Positions 1 through 10,548 of a DNA stretch of 64,000 bases are shown here, piece by piece (positions within the stretch are counted from its first letter, which is position 1; each line of letters opens with the position of its first letter). The translations under genes and the position numbers were made by a program. Where the stretch lies: positions 1-64,000 of the forward strand of contig UYFQ01000363.1 of NCBI GenBank assembly GCA_900617105.1, read 5' to 3'. The notes under the pieces are model-generated. The model did not search any database. It was not told where the DNA came from and saw only the letters and a list, made by a program, of their open reading frames with translations. Source of the stretch: Hydrurus foetidus (Eukaryota).

Positions 1-1155
1 TTACCGTAAGACACAAACTTATTTCTTGTTATGATCTTGCCGAAGCTCCACTCGACCCCTACTCGAATATCTAACATTAATCTGTTCAGTCTAATTTGCC
101 AATCGTACAGTCCATCGCGGCAATTTCGGCAATTGTACGCTGCAGTCACAAGGATACTATTACTGTATATTTTATCAGCATAGACTTTGAACCTAGGCCT
201 ACCGTGTGCAAAGCGCTGAGCCATGATGGCCTCTAAGTCTTCGCGCATTTGACTATCACGCCAAACCATGGTATCTGGTTGGTATCCAGGGAATGTGCAC
301 CATTCCATCCGGAAAAGAAATCCCCTGAAATATCAAAAAATGTCCATGCATATACCCATTCCAGAAGGGGTTCTGGACGCCGTTACCAGGCCGATCTATT
401 TCCAATCCCGTCCCATCAAGAAATCCAACTATATTCGAGACCTTGATTGGTTTAAACCCACGGTTTGGATTTCTTGTACTATTGATAATCTTCTCAATTA
501 TTGCCTGATGATACATATCAAATCTCTCCGAATACCAGGACAGATTACCGTGAACTTTGTACTTGTGTTTCTCGTACATTAAATCCACAGACTACTTGAA
601 TATTCTCGATAACTGCGAGTAATCTCTTCCAAACACATCTTGCAACTCAATGAATCGATTTGGGTCCGCTAGTCAGTACAACATCACCGCGAATGCAAGC
701 TCACCCGGGCAAGTTATACCGTTATCACACACAACCATCGCTGGAGAATCGCAGAGAATGCATAGCTCGGCCAATTCTGCCCTTCGGAAGCGCAGATAAT
801 GCCAACATTTCTCATCAGTGAAAGAATCAAAGAGCCTATTCTTGTTTCTGTGATTGATTTGAAGCACTTCCTCGTGCTCAATCAGAATGCGACCGAGAAT
901 GATGGCATAGAGTACAAATATGAAAAGGATAGTTCCATTTCGGACATAACCAACGGGCATTTGAGAACAGTATCTATGAACCTCAGAAGTGAAAGCTATG
1001 ATCAGTCTTAGCTTATGAATTTGAGAACAGTATCTATGAACCTCAGAAGTGAAAGCTATGATCAGTCTTAGCTTATGAATCTCTCCAACTGATAACCCAG
1101 TATGACGTCTTCGGTAAGATGTAAGCCGAATCGGGTTTCGCTCATCAATATCCAT
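1..1155 (-). pseudogene. PIF/Harbinger-type (DDE_Tnp_4/HARBI1-like) transposase remnant, runs off window start
   Basis: Joined frames read SFTDEKCWHYLRFRRAEL...AFAVMLY*LADPNRFIELQDVFGR...IVGFLDGT...QNPFWNGYMHGH...QGISFPDG...VYADKIY...RVGVEWSFGKI. These are typical Harbinger DDE motifs. There is an in-frame stop at 673-675 and frameshifts. Confidence 0.85.
961..1080. repeat. Exact 60-bp tandem duplication inside the Harbinger ORF
   Basis: 961-1020 and 1021-1080 are identical, which duplicates IHKLRLIIAFTSEVHRYCSQ in frame. Confidence 0.97.
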
Positions 1156-1418
1156 GACCAGATCTCAACGAGGACACCAAATTTTGGGCGGAAAATCACT
1201 GAATTGAGACGGCATAGGGCACTATAGTCAGAGCAGCGCTCGCATGCAGAGCACTTTCCACGAGAGCAGAAGGTTCAATTGATAAATGACTTCTCTCGAT
1301 TGTGGAGTGAAGTCGTTTGTTGAGACACCAAAGTCGGTATTACTGGATGAAACAAGATTAAAAATAACGGTTAATTTAGAAGTCGGGTTCGAAACTCGTT
1401 CTCTGAATAAAAGATGAG

Positions 1419-1803
1419 CATCTTTTCTCCCCAAAAAGATTTTAGTTCTCGGTTCAACAATCGAAATTACTCCCCGACAATCTCAACTCCAAATCTTAAT
1501 CGCGATCACTACTCAATAACACAACTCAACGAAAACAGATCGGCTGACATTCTCGAATATATCGCTGTGATCGCAGGAGCGTCATCAATCTGGGCCTAAT
1601 CGAAGCCGCAGCGAAAATCTCAATTAGATTTTCTTTTGTTAAAAATAACAAATGACACCATCTGGCATGAGGAGATCTCGCAGCTCGATCAACGAGCTCA
1701 GTAGGTACCTACCAAACACATTCTGAATGCTGCATTCTACCAATAAACAGGTTTAAAACTCAAATCAACACTGTCCCATCCTTATTCGTCAACGCTCGCA
1801 CCT
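1419..1803 (+). repeat. Left long terminal inverted repeat (385 bp)
   Basis: Reverse complement of 5821-6205 with only scattered substitutions and no indel. The same peptide IFSPQKDFSSRFNNRNYSPTIS... appears in ORFs 1414..1599(+) and 6025..6246(-). Confidence 0.97.
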
Positions 1804-1825
1804 TGTTTTTATAAGGCATGATGCT

Positions 1826-2557
1826 GTGAGGGATCCTATTGAAGACATGTCAGTTGATGAACTCGTGGATGTCTTTAAAAAGCAAGTTAATCTACATGGT
1901 GTCGCTAAATTATTGCCATTGCTTACCAACTCTACTGGTACTGGAGTCGATGGGGAATCAAATGATGTGGATCGAGTAGGGAGTGATAAGTATCAGAGCG
2001 ACAGTTCCGATACTGAAAGTATCGATATCGTAAGCGACAGTGATCATCGTGATGATGACAGCGATAATGATAACTCTGACGACAGCAGTGATGATGACAG
2101 AGACGCCGTATCCGATGATGCTGTATCAAATGATGACGCATTCGAAAATGATGCGATTGCAGCTCATGATGATCAGAATATGATCTACCTTCACGACCCA
2201 CCTCTCTTTGATAGCTTGCATTGTCCACCATTCGAATCTATTGATATGACAACACATGGCGTTTGCAACTGCGGCGATTTTGGGATGGAAATTTGCGGGA
2301 CCGAAGATTAGTTTTAATTTTTTGTGAGTTTAGATTTGATAAACGAGCACGCTGTAGCCTCCGCATCTGTTGATTCCATTGATAGGATACCATCGAACTT
2401 GCTCCGCAAAAGATTGTATAAGTTACTTTTCCAAGCAACAGACTTCGGAATATTAGAAAAGAAGGAACGACGTAAACTTCCAAATTGTGCAGTGGCGAAG
2501 ATTCGTCAAATATATCCTTCACCAACTGGTTGTTACATGAGATTTAAGGAAAATTAA
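1826..2557 (+). pseudogene. KolX / P2X7 C-terminal ballast-like accessory protein of the Kolobok-like element, with Asp-rich N-terminal half
   Basis: ORFs 1826..2311 and 2324..2557 are in the same frame, separated by two stops. The C-terminus is RKRLYKLLF...GILEKKERRKLPNCAVAKIRQIYPSPTGCYMRFKE, matching the R..LP.C.V..IR..FP...G.Y.GF signature of KolX/P2X7 ballast. A Cys cluster (CNCG...IC) lies upstream. Confidence 0.72.
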
Positions 2558-2567
2558 CATAATTCTT

Positions 2568-5500
2568 TTAAGTAAGTCTATCAATAGAACTGCATTGCTT
2601 ACAAATTGAAATGCCCTCGCTATCAATTTCCCACTCGGAATTATAATTTTCTAAACATTTCTAAACATAAATTCAAACAAACATCCTACTTTTCCTGCAC
2701 CAACATCTGATTTACAGAAATAGCATAATGTGTCACTTTCATCTTGGTGGTCATCCCTCCATTCGAGCCTGCTCTTCTTGATTGCCGTGCTGCTACTCCA
2801 TACGTTTTCAAGCCTTTAATTCTTAACGTCGTCCAACAAACTTTCGTTTAGAAATGGGAATAGGGCAACGGGTCTAGCACTGTAGACGTATTCTCTAAAA
2901 GACTGTGTAGGTGGACCACCCCCATTATCAAGGGTTCTAATTTTGTGCTTTACAGGTCCTAAATTAAGGTTACGCGCTGTCTCATCTTCCTCATACTGTA
3001 CTGTAACTTCTTGTAGTAAATTCTTTCCTTCTCGTGTCTTGCGTTACACTTCTTCGCGAAATGATCAACAGCAGAGAGTACGGTTAGACATGTACAGCAG
3101 ACGTTTTCTATAGCATCTAAAATGCGCTTTTTATACCTGCTATTCTTTTGGGCAGATGCAACGGTAAGTGTATTTGCATACTTATTCGTCACCAGCTTTT
3201 TCAGCAAGAAGAGTTTTTCTTTCTATCTTTTAACAAATGCAATAAATGCTGCTCTTTCTTTTCTCTGGTACTCTCCAGCCGGTACATTCTGCCATTTTGG
3301 AATGATAATTGATTTCCAGTGGAAGTATGATTCGCAGATTGTTGTCTTCGAGAAACAAAGACATTTCAAGAATTGAGACTTGGCATATTTGGACATAACG
3401 AATGCGGTTACGAAGATTCTGAAAAACGAAGGGATTAGATCTCTGCAACCCGGACCCCGACCCCTTGATAACACCGTACAATATTCCTGTGTTGGTACGT
3501 ATTTGATATGAGTGTCACCGCATTATGTCCACCAGAAATACCTTGCGCAGTTCTTATGTTCATCACTGTAATGATCGACAAAGTTCAAGAGTCCGTTTGT
3601 TAAGAAACACATCTTGAACTTCATGCTCCAATCTCCAAACATTTCATTGACAACGCGCAGCAAATTTTTCATTGTTCTCTTAAACTCTCCCAACTTCGAA
3701 TTGAATGCTCTCTGCGCAATTGTCATAGCTTCATGTACGTCATCCCATAAGCAATTTGTTCTCCAGAAGTTTAGAACGCAGAATGATTTTATTTGTGGTG
3801 CTTTGATAGGTGCAGCTACTTCCATTTTGATAGCGAGGTGTTCGGAAAGAATGGAAAGTCTATCGGCTTTGAGTGTCTTCAGTGAGCGCAAAGTGCGATT
3901 TGAGCGCCAAAGACTTCGAGCATCAATGATTCCTCAGGACTGACATGAGATATCATTTTCGACGCTGGTAAATTTTTGATAATATGCTTAACCCCATGTG
4001 TAACTCCGTCGATATAAGTAAAAATATTACTACCCCGATAGCAGATATCCGGTAATTTTTTTCATATACATGAAAAGTCCCGTTTTGCCATTTGTTTTGT
4101 CGATACTGATGATTGGAATTCCACTTACTTCCGCCACAGCTGCTGCTAAACTCCTCAGTGTCTTTGTGCTCAGTGTCATAGTAACTTTGATTTATGTTAC
4201 AGAAATCAAATTGTTCTTCGCAGGGAAAGAGAGATTCCAGGCAGAGACAACTGGCATCCATATTGAGTAGTTCTCTGCCGTGTCGACTAAGTTGTTGGTC
4301 TTCGCAAATGCGCGCATTGATTCTGGTGTTGTACTGGCTGTCCTCCATGCATCGGCGCCAAGATTTGTAAATGCACTCTTGATATCGTAAAAGAAGTCGT
4401 TTGATTTTGACAGAATCATTTGATAGTATCTTCCACCTTGAATGTTTGCTCGCAGAGGGGCTTGAAGAATTTCTCTGAGGTCAGAAAATTCTCTGCATTT
4501 ATCTTAATGACATGCTCTCCCATAGCTTTTGCTGCATGAAATACGTCAATACCAGCTTTGACAGGCTCATTCTTTGATTCGACTGGACCGTTGACCCTCG
4601 TGTATGTAGATATTATCAATGCATTTTTGGAATTGTCGTCGATCTCTATCATAGAAATATCTAGCTTTTCCGTGTTGATTGCGAAATCTAAAGACCTCTC
4701 AACAAGTGCAGTCTCTTTCAGTCACGCGTTCGTCTTTGTATCTGTGAGCGTGAATAAAAGAACATTTCCACTCGCCGCATCTAGAGTTGCAGCCTGGGCA
4801 TTTCTCGCGCTGCTGTGCCCAACATCCATGCACAATACTGGAGAGACTCCAGAATCACGGATGGTTCTACAGGCTTCTTTAACAAGGCGGTCTTTCTCCA
4901 TCAATAGGTAAGGGTCAATGTCCAGACTCTAATGTCTTTGAGTAAATTCCTACTCGGTGGTGTCAGCATCATCGAGGTAAACAGCTGGTCGGAATGTGCC
5001 ATAGTGTTCGGTGTCATAGAGACGCTAAGTGCATACAGAACATCAGTCACCGGCACCGACCTCGAAGATAAAAATTTTATATCCGAAGTAGATTGCCAAC
5101 TATAGACCCCTAGTGACCAAAATTTGCAATCCCTCCCCAATGAACAGGTGCAACGCACTTTCAATGCGAATCTTCTCGTCGTGACTTCACTTTGCCGGAA
5201 GTGTAAAGAGCCTCTACATGACTGTCCATAAAGGTTCAATGATCTCATCATAGAAATGATATGCTCGGACATGCCAATGAAAAAATCAAAGTAAGGTACT
5301 GAGATGGCTCTACCCAAAGGTGTACATGTGAGAGGAGTTTTAATTAATTCCTTATCGGCGACATTCTTCGCCCTTTTTCTGTGACTATTGACACCACCGT
5401 TTTGAAGAAAATAATCTGAAAAAGGAATGGTTCCACAGTCACTGAGGAATGAAATTGATACTAGCTGTTTCGTTGCCGCAGGTCGTGGAGGAGAAACTAA

Positions 5501-5972
5501 TGAAGAGCGCCCTGTATCGTAGTCCCTATATTTTGTTACTGCCTTGAAATCAATCGTTTCGAATGAGGCATTTCCATCTGCATCTTGTGAAAAAATGAAG
5601 TCCTTCAAAAGAAAGTGGCCCACCCAAACTCGCAGATCCTGCAGAGTAGAAAGATGAGTTTTCTCATCAGCGCTAATCTCCAAATAGTTGGCCCTAACAT
5701 CTCTCTCAGATGGATCACGAGTAAGAATGACGGTAGGATTACCAAACAGATGCTTTGTCCGACCAAGACTGCACCATGAAGTTGAACAAATGCATGACCT
5801 AAATTTCCCACTGAATTGAGAGGTGCGAGGGTTGGCGAATAAGGATGGGACAGTGTTGATTTGAGTTTTAAACCTGTTTATTGGTAGAATGCAGCATTCA
5901 GAATGTGTTTGGTAAGTACCTACTGAGCTCGTTGATCGAGCTGCGAGATCTCCTCATGCCAGATGGTGTCAT
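2568..5972 (-). pseudogene. Kolobok/Mutator-like DDE transposase with N-terminal THAP-like and C-terminal PHD-like zinc fingers, multiply disrupted
   Basis: Fragments in order: CICSTSWC...LRVWVGHF (THAP-like); LCMDVGHSSARNA (D ~4826); A*LKETALVERSL; MIEIDD (D ~4640); IDVFHAAK; NFVDHYSDEHKNC; TTICESYFHW...IPKW (E ~3333); CYFC...C...C...CKQC. Many stops and frameshifts. Confidence 0.78.
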
Positions 5973-6205
5973 TTGTTATTTTTAACAAAAGAAAATCTTA
6001 TTGAGATTTTCGCTGCGGCTTCGATTAGGCCCAGATTGATGACGCTCCTGCGATCACAGCGATATACTCGAGAACGTCAGCCGATCTGTTTTCGTTGAGT
6101 TGTGTTATTGAGTAGAGATCGCGATTAAGATTTGGAGTTGAGATTGTCGGGGAGTAATTTCGATTGTTGAACCGAGAACTAAAATCTTTCTGGGGAGAAA
6201 AGATG
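5821..6205 (-). repeat. Right long terminal inverted repeat (385 bp)
   Basis: Reverse complement of 1419-1803. Confidence 0.97.
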
Positions 6206-6307
6206 TCGAAAAGATTCTTTTTTCCATCTTTAATGTCGCTTCGCAAGCACCCTATTAGCCCCAGTGTGGCATCCTGCCTTGTACGAACATACTGTTCGAT
6301 AATTATA

Positions 6308-6787
6308 CCGTCGAGTGCCTATTCTTTTGCCATTTTCGATTTCCGGTTTTCGGAATTTCGGGGATTTTTGGCTGTTTTCCAGCAATTTCGCGACAACTAT
6401 AGAAGTGGGGACCCCGATGAGATGTGTCAGGTATTGCCTGAAGTTGTCCGCATCTTTTGATATATGATGGTCATGCACCTACGATGAGCAGATCGGCTGC
6501 AAATCGCGATCTAAAATGAACTTTCGGTCCCTAGCGATCGAAATTTCTCGATTTTGGGGAGCGCAGATTGAAAACTGAATAGGCACTGTAACTAAAATAA
6601 CTATGCTCTTTCCGAATCCACTATCACATTTGTGTGAAACTCTATGTCCGAGGAGTTAGCAATTCCCGTTGGCAATTACCGTGTCAAAATTTCCGTGATT
6701 CTGACCGTTGTCAAAATTTCCGTGATTCTGACCGTTGTCAAAATCCTATTCTCACTTCAAAATGGCAAAAGAATAGGCACTCGACGG
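6308..6787. mobile_element. Non-autonomous TIR element (MITE) with TA target duplication, Tc1/mariner-like
   Basis: Perfect inverted repeat TA|CCGTCGAGTGCCTATTCTTTTGCCATTTT (6306-6336) vs AAAATGGCAAAAGAATAGGCACTCGACGG|TA (6759-6789). No recognisable coding capacity. Confidence 0.75.
6682..6744. repeat. 27-bp tandem repeat, 2.3 copies
   Basis: TGTCAAAATTTCCGTGATTCTGACCGT at 6682-6708 and 6709-6735, partial copy to 6744. Confidence 0.95.
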
Positions 6788-6791
6788 TAAT

Positions 6792-8590
6792 AGTGTTTGC
6801 GTTTCCGATTTCGAAACTTTTTACTTGAGAAATCACTCGATTCTGGACTCGATTCTTCATTTGCAGTTTTGAAATTCGAGTCGAAAGTCGGTTTTTGGAC
6901 TATCGGCTCGATAGTCGTTTTGAGCTTTTTACTCGAAATCAAGACTAAACTGAACCCGGATTTGAGTCAAACTTCGCATGAAAATGAAAATTTGCATGAA
7001 GATGAAGATGATGTCTCAGTTATCTCATCCAATTGCAGCTATATAGTAGATACAACCAAGCACAGTTACCACGACTACGACGATGGTCAATGGGAGACCG
7101 AATAGACGCAATCTGGCAATTAGACGCCGATGGCATGGAAGAAATGCTCAGGATCGTATGAACCTGTCATATCTGAATAAAGTATGCAGATTTTTCCTGT
7201 TGACGGCGATCATGCTGCCTGCTGGAGAGATGCAGCGAGCGATGAAAGCAATATCGTACTTCGTTTTCATCAAAATTCTGTCGATTGACGAATGGAATAA
7301 CCTACCAGCCGACAGAGTAGAGGCGACAAATGTTACAATCGACAACTGCAGCGAAGAATCATGTTATGCACAGTTTCGCTTCCTGAAACGTGACTTGCGT
7401 CCTCTATTCATAGCGTTACAATTTCCTGCGCAGATTCGACTGGATAATAACTCGGTTGTTCCTGGTGTTAAGTCCTTCTTTATCTCTCGTCCACTGGGAT
7501 CCCTTCTGCAGGGTCTGACCTCGTCTTTGCCGATGATAACTAAGAGATCATAAGCTGTATTCAAATCTTCGTCGCTAACGATACCCTGGGAGGTCACTCC
7601 CAAACTCATTTTAGTCATCATCTTTTTCCCGTCTTCTGCCGTAGAATTAATCTATATTGTATAGAATGATGCTTAACAGCGAATCCAACATAATTCGCAG
7701 TTGAATCCAGTTATGTACCTGCTCCGCAAGTATGTTCTCCCACAGCGATTTCAAGATGCCTTACTTTTTGATGATTGTTGATGATCTAACAATCTTATCA
7801 GCATTGGTTGATTCAAAAACAGCTTGACGTCCAAGTAGCATCATGGGTGTGTTAATGAAGCTGACACTCTCGCCGTATGGTGCATTATGATATCGCTCTA
7901 CTCGCTCTTGGTTTGAAAGAACCTCGAGGAGGGCGATCGCTTGCTGCACGTCAAACATTTTGGACGCCATGATATCAATATTGCAAGTAGCGATGATCTA
8001 TTGATTGCCATAGCTAACAACATTCTGTAAAAAAAAAGTTTTGAAAAAATGTAACGCAAACACTTATTTTCTGCGTAGGCCAATACGCGCTCCACTGTCT
8101 GCATATATACACACATACGTAATTTTGCCGTTAATTCTGTGTATATACGCAACATACGCAAACACCCTTGCTCGAATTCAAGTATTTCTTACTCATGAAC
8201 AAGTAATAATTGAAACTAACATGCCTTTTGGTGGGATAAGTTTTTTTTATAAATTAATTCATTAATATTGACAAGTTTTTTCACAATTTTATTCCTCAAT
8301 ATTGCTGCTATCAACAGTGACAGATGAATTAAGAAGGGTAATCAGTAATCAATCAAATCAGAAACAAACTTTGGGGGGGGGGGGGTCCATTTTGGGGGTC
8401 TGCGTATTGTCTGCGTATGTACGCAGCTCAAATACGCACTTTTGGCCGTTGCGTATATATCTGCGTATTGCGTATGGGCCTACGCAGCTTATTTTCAGGT
8501 GTTTTCATGGAACTTTTCAGTCCAGAATCTACTCAATTTTCGAATCATTTTTCAACGAAAAAAAGTTTCAAAATCGGAAACGCAAACACT
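6792..8590. mobile_element. Deleted TIR element bracketing a 5' Harbinger transposase fragment
   Basis: AGTGTTTGCGTTTCCGATTTCGAAACTTTTT (6792-6822) is inverted at 8560-8590 with one mismatch, and weaker similarity continues inward. Confidence 0.55.
7083..7470 (+). pseudogene. N-terminal fragment of a second Harbinger-type transposase
   Basis: TIDNCSEESCYAQFRFLKRDLRPLFIALQFPAQIRLDNNSVVPG parallels FDSFTDEKCWHYLRFRRAELAELCILCDSPAMVVCDNGITCPG of the first copy. It is truncated before the DDE core. Confidence 0.7.
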
Positions 8591-8627
8591 CTACTACCGT
8601 ACAACAAACAATCACTTCATTCCGGTT

Positions 8628-8670
8628 GGGGTGGGGTGGGGTGGGGTGGGGTGGGGTGGGGAGTGGGGAG
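8628..8670 (+). repeat. (GGGGT)n G-rich microsatellite
   Basis: Consecutive GGGGT units. A separate long G run lies at about 8373-8385. Confidence 0.9.
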
Positions 8671-8834
8671 GCAGAATTTTCTCTGAGAATTCTGTCGATT
8701 CTAGAATTGGTTCTAGGATTGGACTGATTCGGTTTTGATTTTCTTCGATAACTTTTCAGTAGCGAACTCTTCTTTATCCACCTGGAGCCCGATAAAGACT
8801 CTTATACGGGTATCGGCCCCCCCTAACATTTTGA

Positions 8835-9105
8835 GTTTTTCGTACCGCTGGTACGAAAAGGTAGACTGACACTCACAGCGGTACGAAAAGGTAGACCGAA
8901 GGTCACAGCGGTATGAAAAAAAAAATTATTGACCGCTGTGAGTGTCAGTCTACCTTTTCGTACCGCTGTGAGCATCGGTCTCACGGTGGATAAAGTAACG
9001 TTCGTACGCTCGACCATGAAACCTCGGCTCTTTTCGAACCTCGGGCTGCGCCCTCGGTACGAAAAACGCCTCTGTTTTATGGTCTCGGTACGAAATTACT
9101 ATATT
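8835..9105. repeat. Hairpin-rich repetitive element, probably a non-autonomous TE
   Basis: GGTACGAAAAGGTAGACTGACACTCACAGCGGT (~8850-8882) is inverted at ~8932-8964. There is a 30-bp tandem unit, repeated CGGTACGAAA motifs and a CTCGGGCTGCGCCCTCGG motif at ~9040. Confidence 0.65.
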
Positions 9106-9282
9106 CTACCGCTGGATCTTGAAACACCAGTCTTCAAATTGTTGCACGGAATGAAAAGTTTCAGGCGTCTCCATTGTCTTCTCCTCATCGATCAACAAGT
9201 GGAACAGCAAAAAGCCTCCAAGTGGTTGCGAAATGAGGAACCCGAGGAAAACGATTTGAATTCTCTGACGCTATCGGTATAA

Positions 9283-10548
9283 ATGGGTCATCTACATTGC
9301 TTCCTCCATCTGTACTTCCTCATCATCTCTGTTTTTATTAATTTGAACGCATTTGGCTTCAGCGGTATTCATGGGATCATTGCACCACAGAAAATAAGAT
9401 ACGGATTTGTTCGGCCACGTCGGCTCCCACCTGACGAGCATCGATGCTCGGCGAGATTTTCGTCTGAACTGTCCGACGGTAGAACACAGTCTCATGAGGA
9501 ACACAATGGAAGAAATGATACGTTACTGCCGCACAATTATTTGTCTCAGGATCGAAGGGTTCTGCAATTAATTCCAAAAGTGGGTGAAAGATTAATGAAC
9601 AAAGACTACTCTGGGACAATCTGGGACGTAATATGCTACGAAGCCTCCACCATATCTGATCAGGATTTAAAAGCTGCGACATTAATGTCAAATTTCGTTC
9701 TCTCGCAGCCATCATTTGAGTCAGCAGTAATTGATTTTGTTTCCAACCAATTGTCGAGTCCTCTAGTACAAGCTACAACTATTCGTAATTTATTTGCCGA
9801 AATTTGCGAAAAGAATCCTGAGATGTCCTCTATATGGGCTCTAGATCTGATGGCGTCAGCGATGAGGGATAACTCTCAACCAAACGCCGTTAGCGTACTT
9901 TTATTCAATAAAGGTTTCCACAGTCTTGTCACATATCGCATCTCAAATGCCTTATGGTTGGAGGGACGAGACAGCATTGCCGTCTACTTCCAGTCGCTGA
10001 CATCCCGAGTGTTTGGTGCTGACATACACCCTGCATGTAAGATAGGTCACAGTTGCTCTTTATCTAGTGCGACTGGCGTGGTAATTGGAGAAACAGCTGT
10101 AATCGGAAACTACTGTTCAATATCACATGATGTGACACTGGGAGGAAACGGGAAAGAAAAAGGAGACAGACATCCCAAGGTGCAAGAGTCAAGCATAGCT
10201 TCGATCTTAGACTTTGATAGTCAAATTATCAATGCATTCCTCATTTAAATAGTCGGTGTGAAATTACTGACATGTTTTCACGCATTATTGCAGGTCGGCA
10301 ATGCCGTCTTCATAGCAACCGGTGCAATTGTCATGGGGAATATTCCAGTCGGCGACGGTGCCATCATAAATGCAGGGTCAGTTGTCACTAAACCGGTCAA
10401 ACCGTATACAAGGGTAGGCGGCGTTCCAGGAAGGGAAATATCAAAATTTGCTGTGAATGAGACAGTCATTACTGACATGACTAAACGGTACGAAGAGGAG
10501 ATGAACGCGGAGTTCCCTACGACGTACACTAGCGTGAGAAAAGTTTGA
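9283..10548 (+). CDS. SAT: Serine O-acetyltransferase, probably plastid-targeted; 2 exons (intron 10180-10293)
   Basis: LLFNKGFHSLVTYRISNALW, SRVFGADIHPACKIG, TGVVIGETAVIG, VTLGGNGKEKGDRHPK|VGNAVFIA, hexapeptide repeats. N-terminal hydrophobic signal ends LNAFGF. Confidence 0.93.

Larger units (their letters stand above)
1412..6229. mobile_element. Kolobok-like DNA transposon with 385-bp TIRs and two convergent genes (decayed)
   Basis: 1419-1803 and 5821-6205 are near-identical inverted repeats. Probable outer termini AGATG (1412-1416) and CATCT (6225-6229) are flanked by TAAA (1408-1411) and TTAA (6230-6233). It contains a DDE transposase on - and a KolX-like ORF on +. Confidence 0.8.

Noticed and set aside
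1414..1599. Twin short ORFs (1414..1599 + and 6025..6246 -) with near-identical peptide
   Set aside because: They are translations of the two TIR copies, with no independent evidence of coding.
6682..6744. Direct repeats here and at 8850-8912 as possible CRISPR arrays
   Set aside because: Head-to-tail repeats without unique spacers, only 2-3 units, no cas genes, eukaryotic context.
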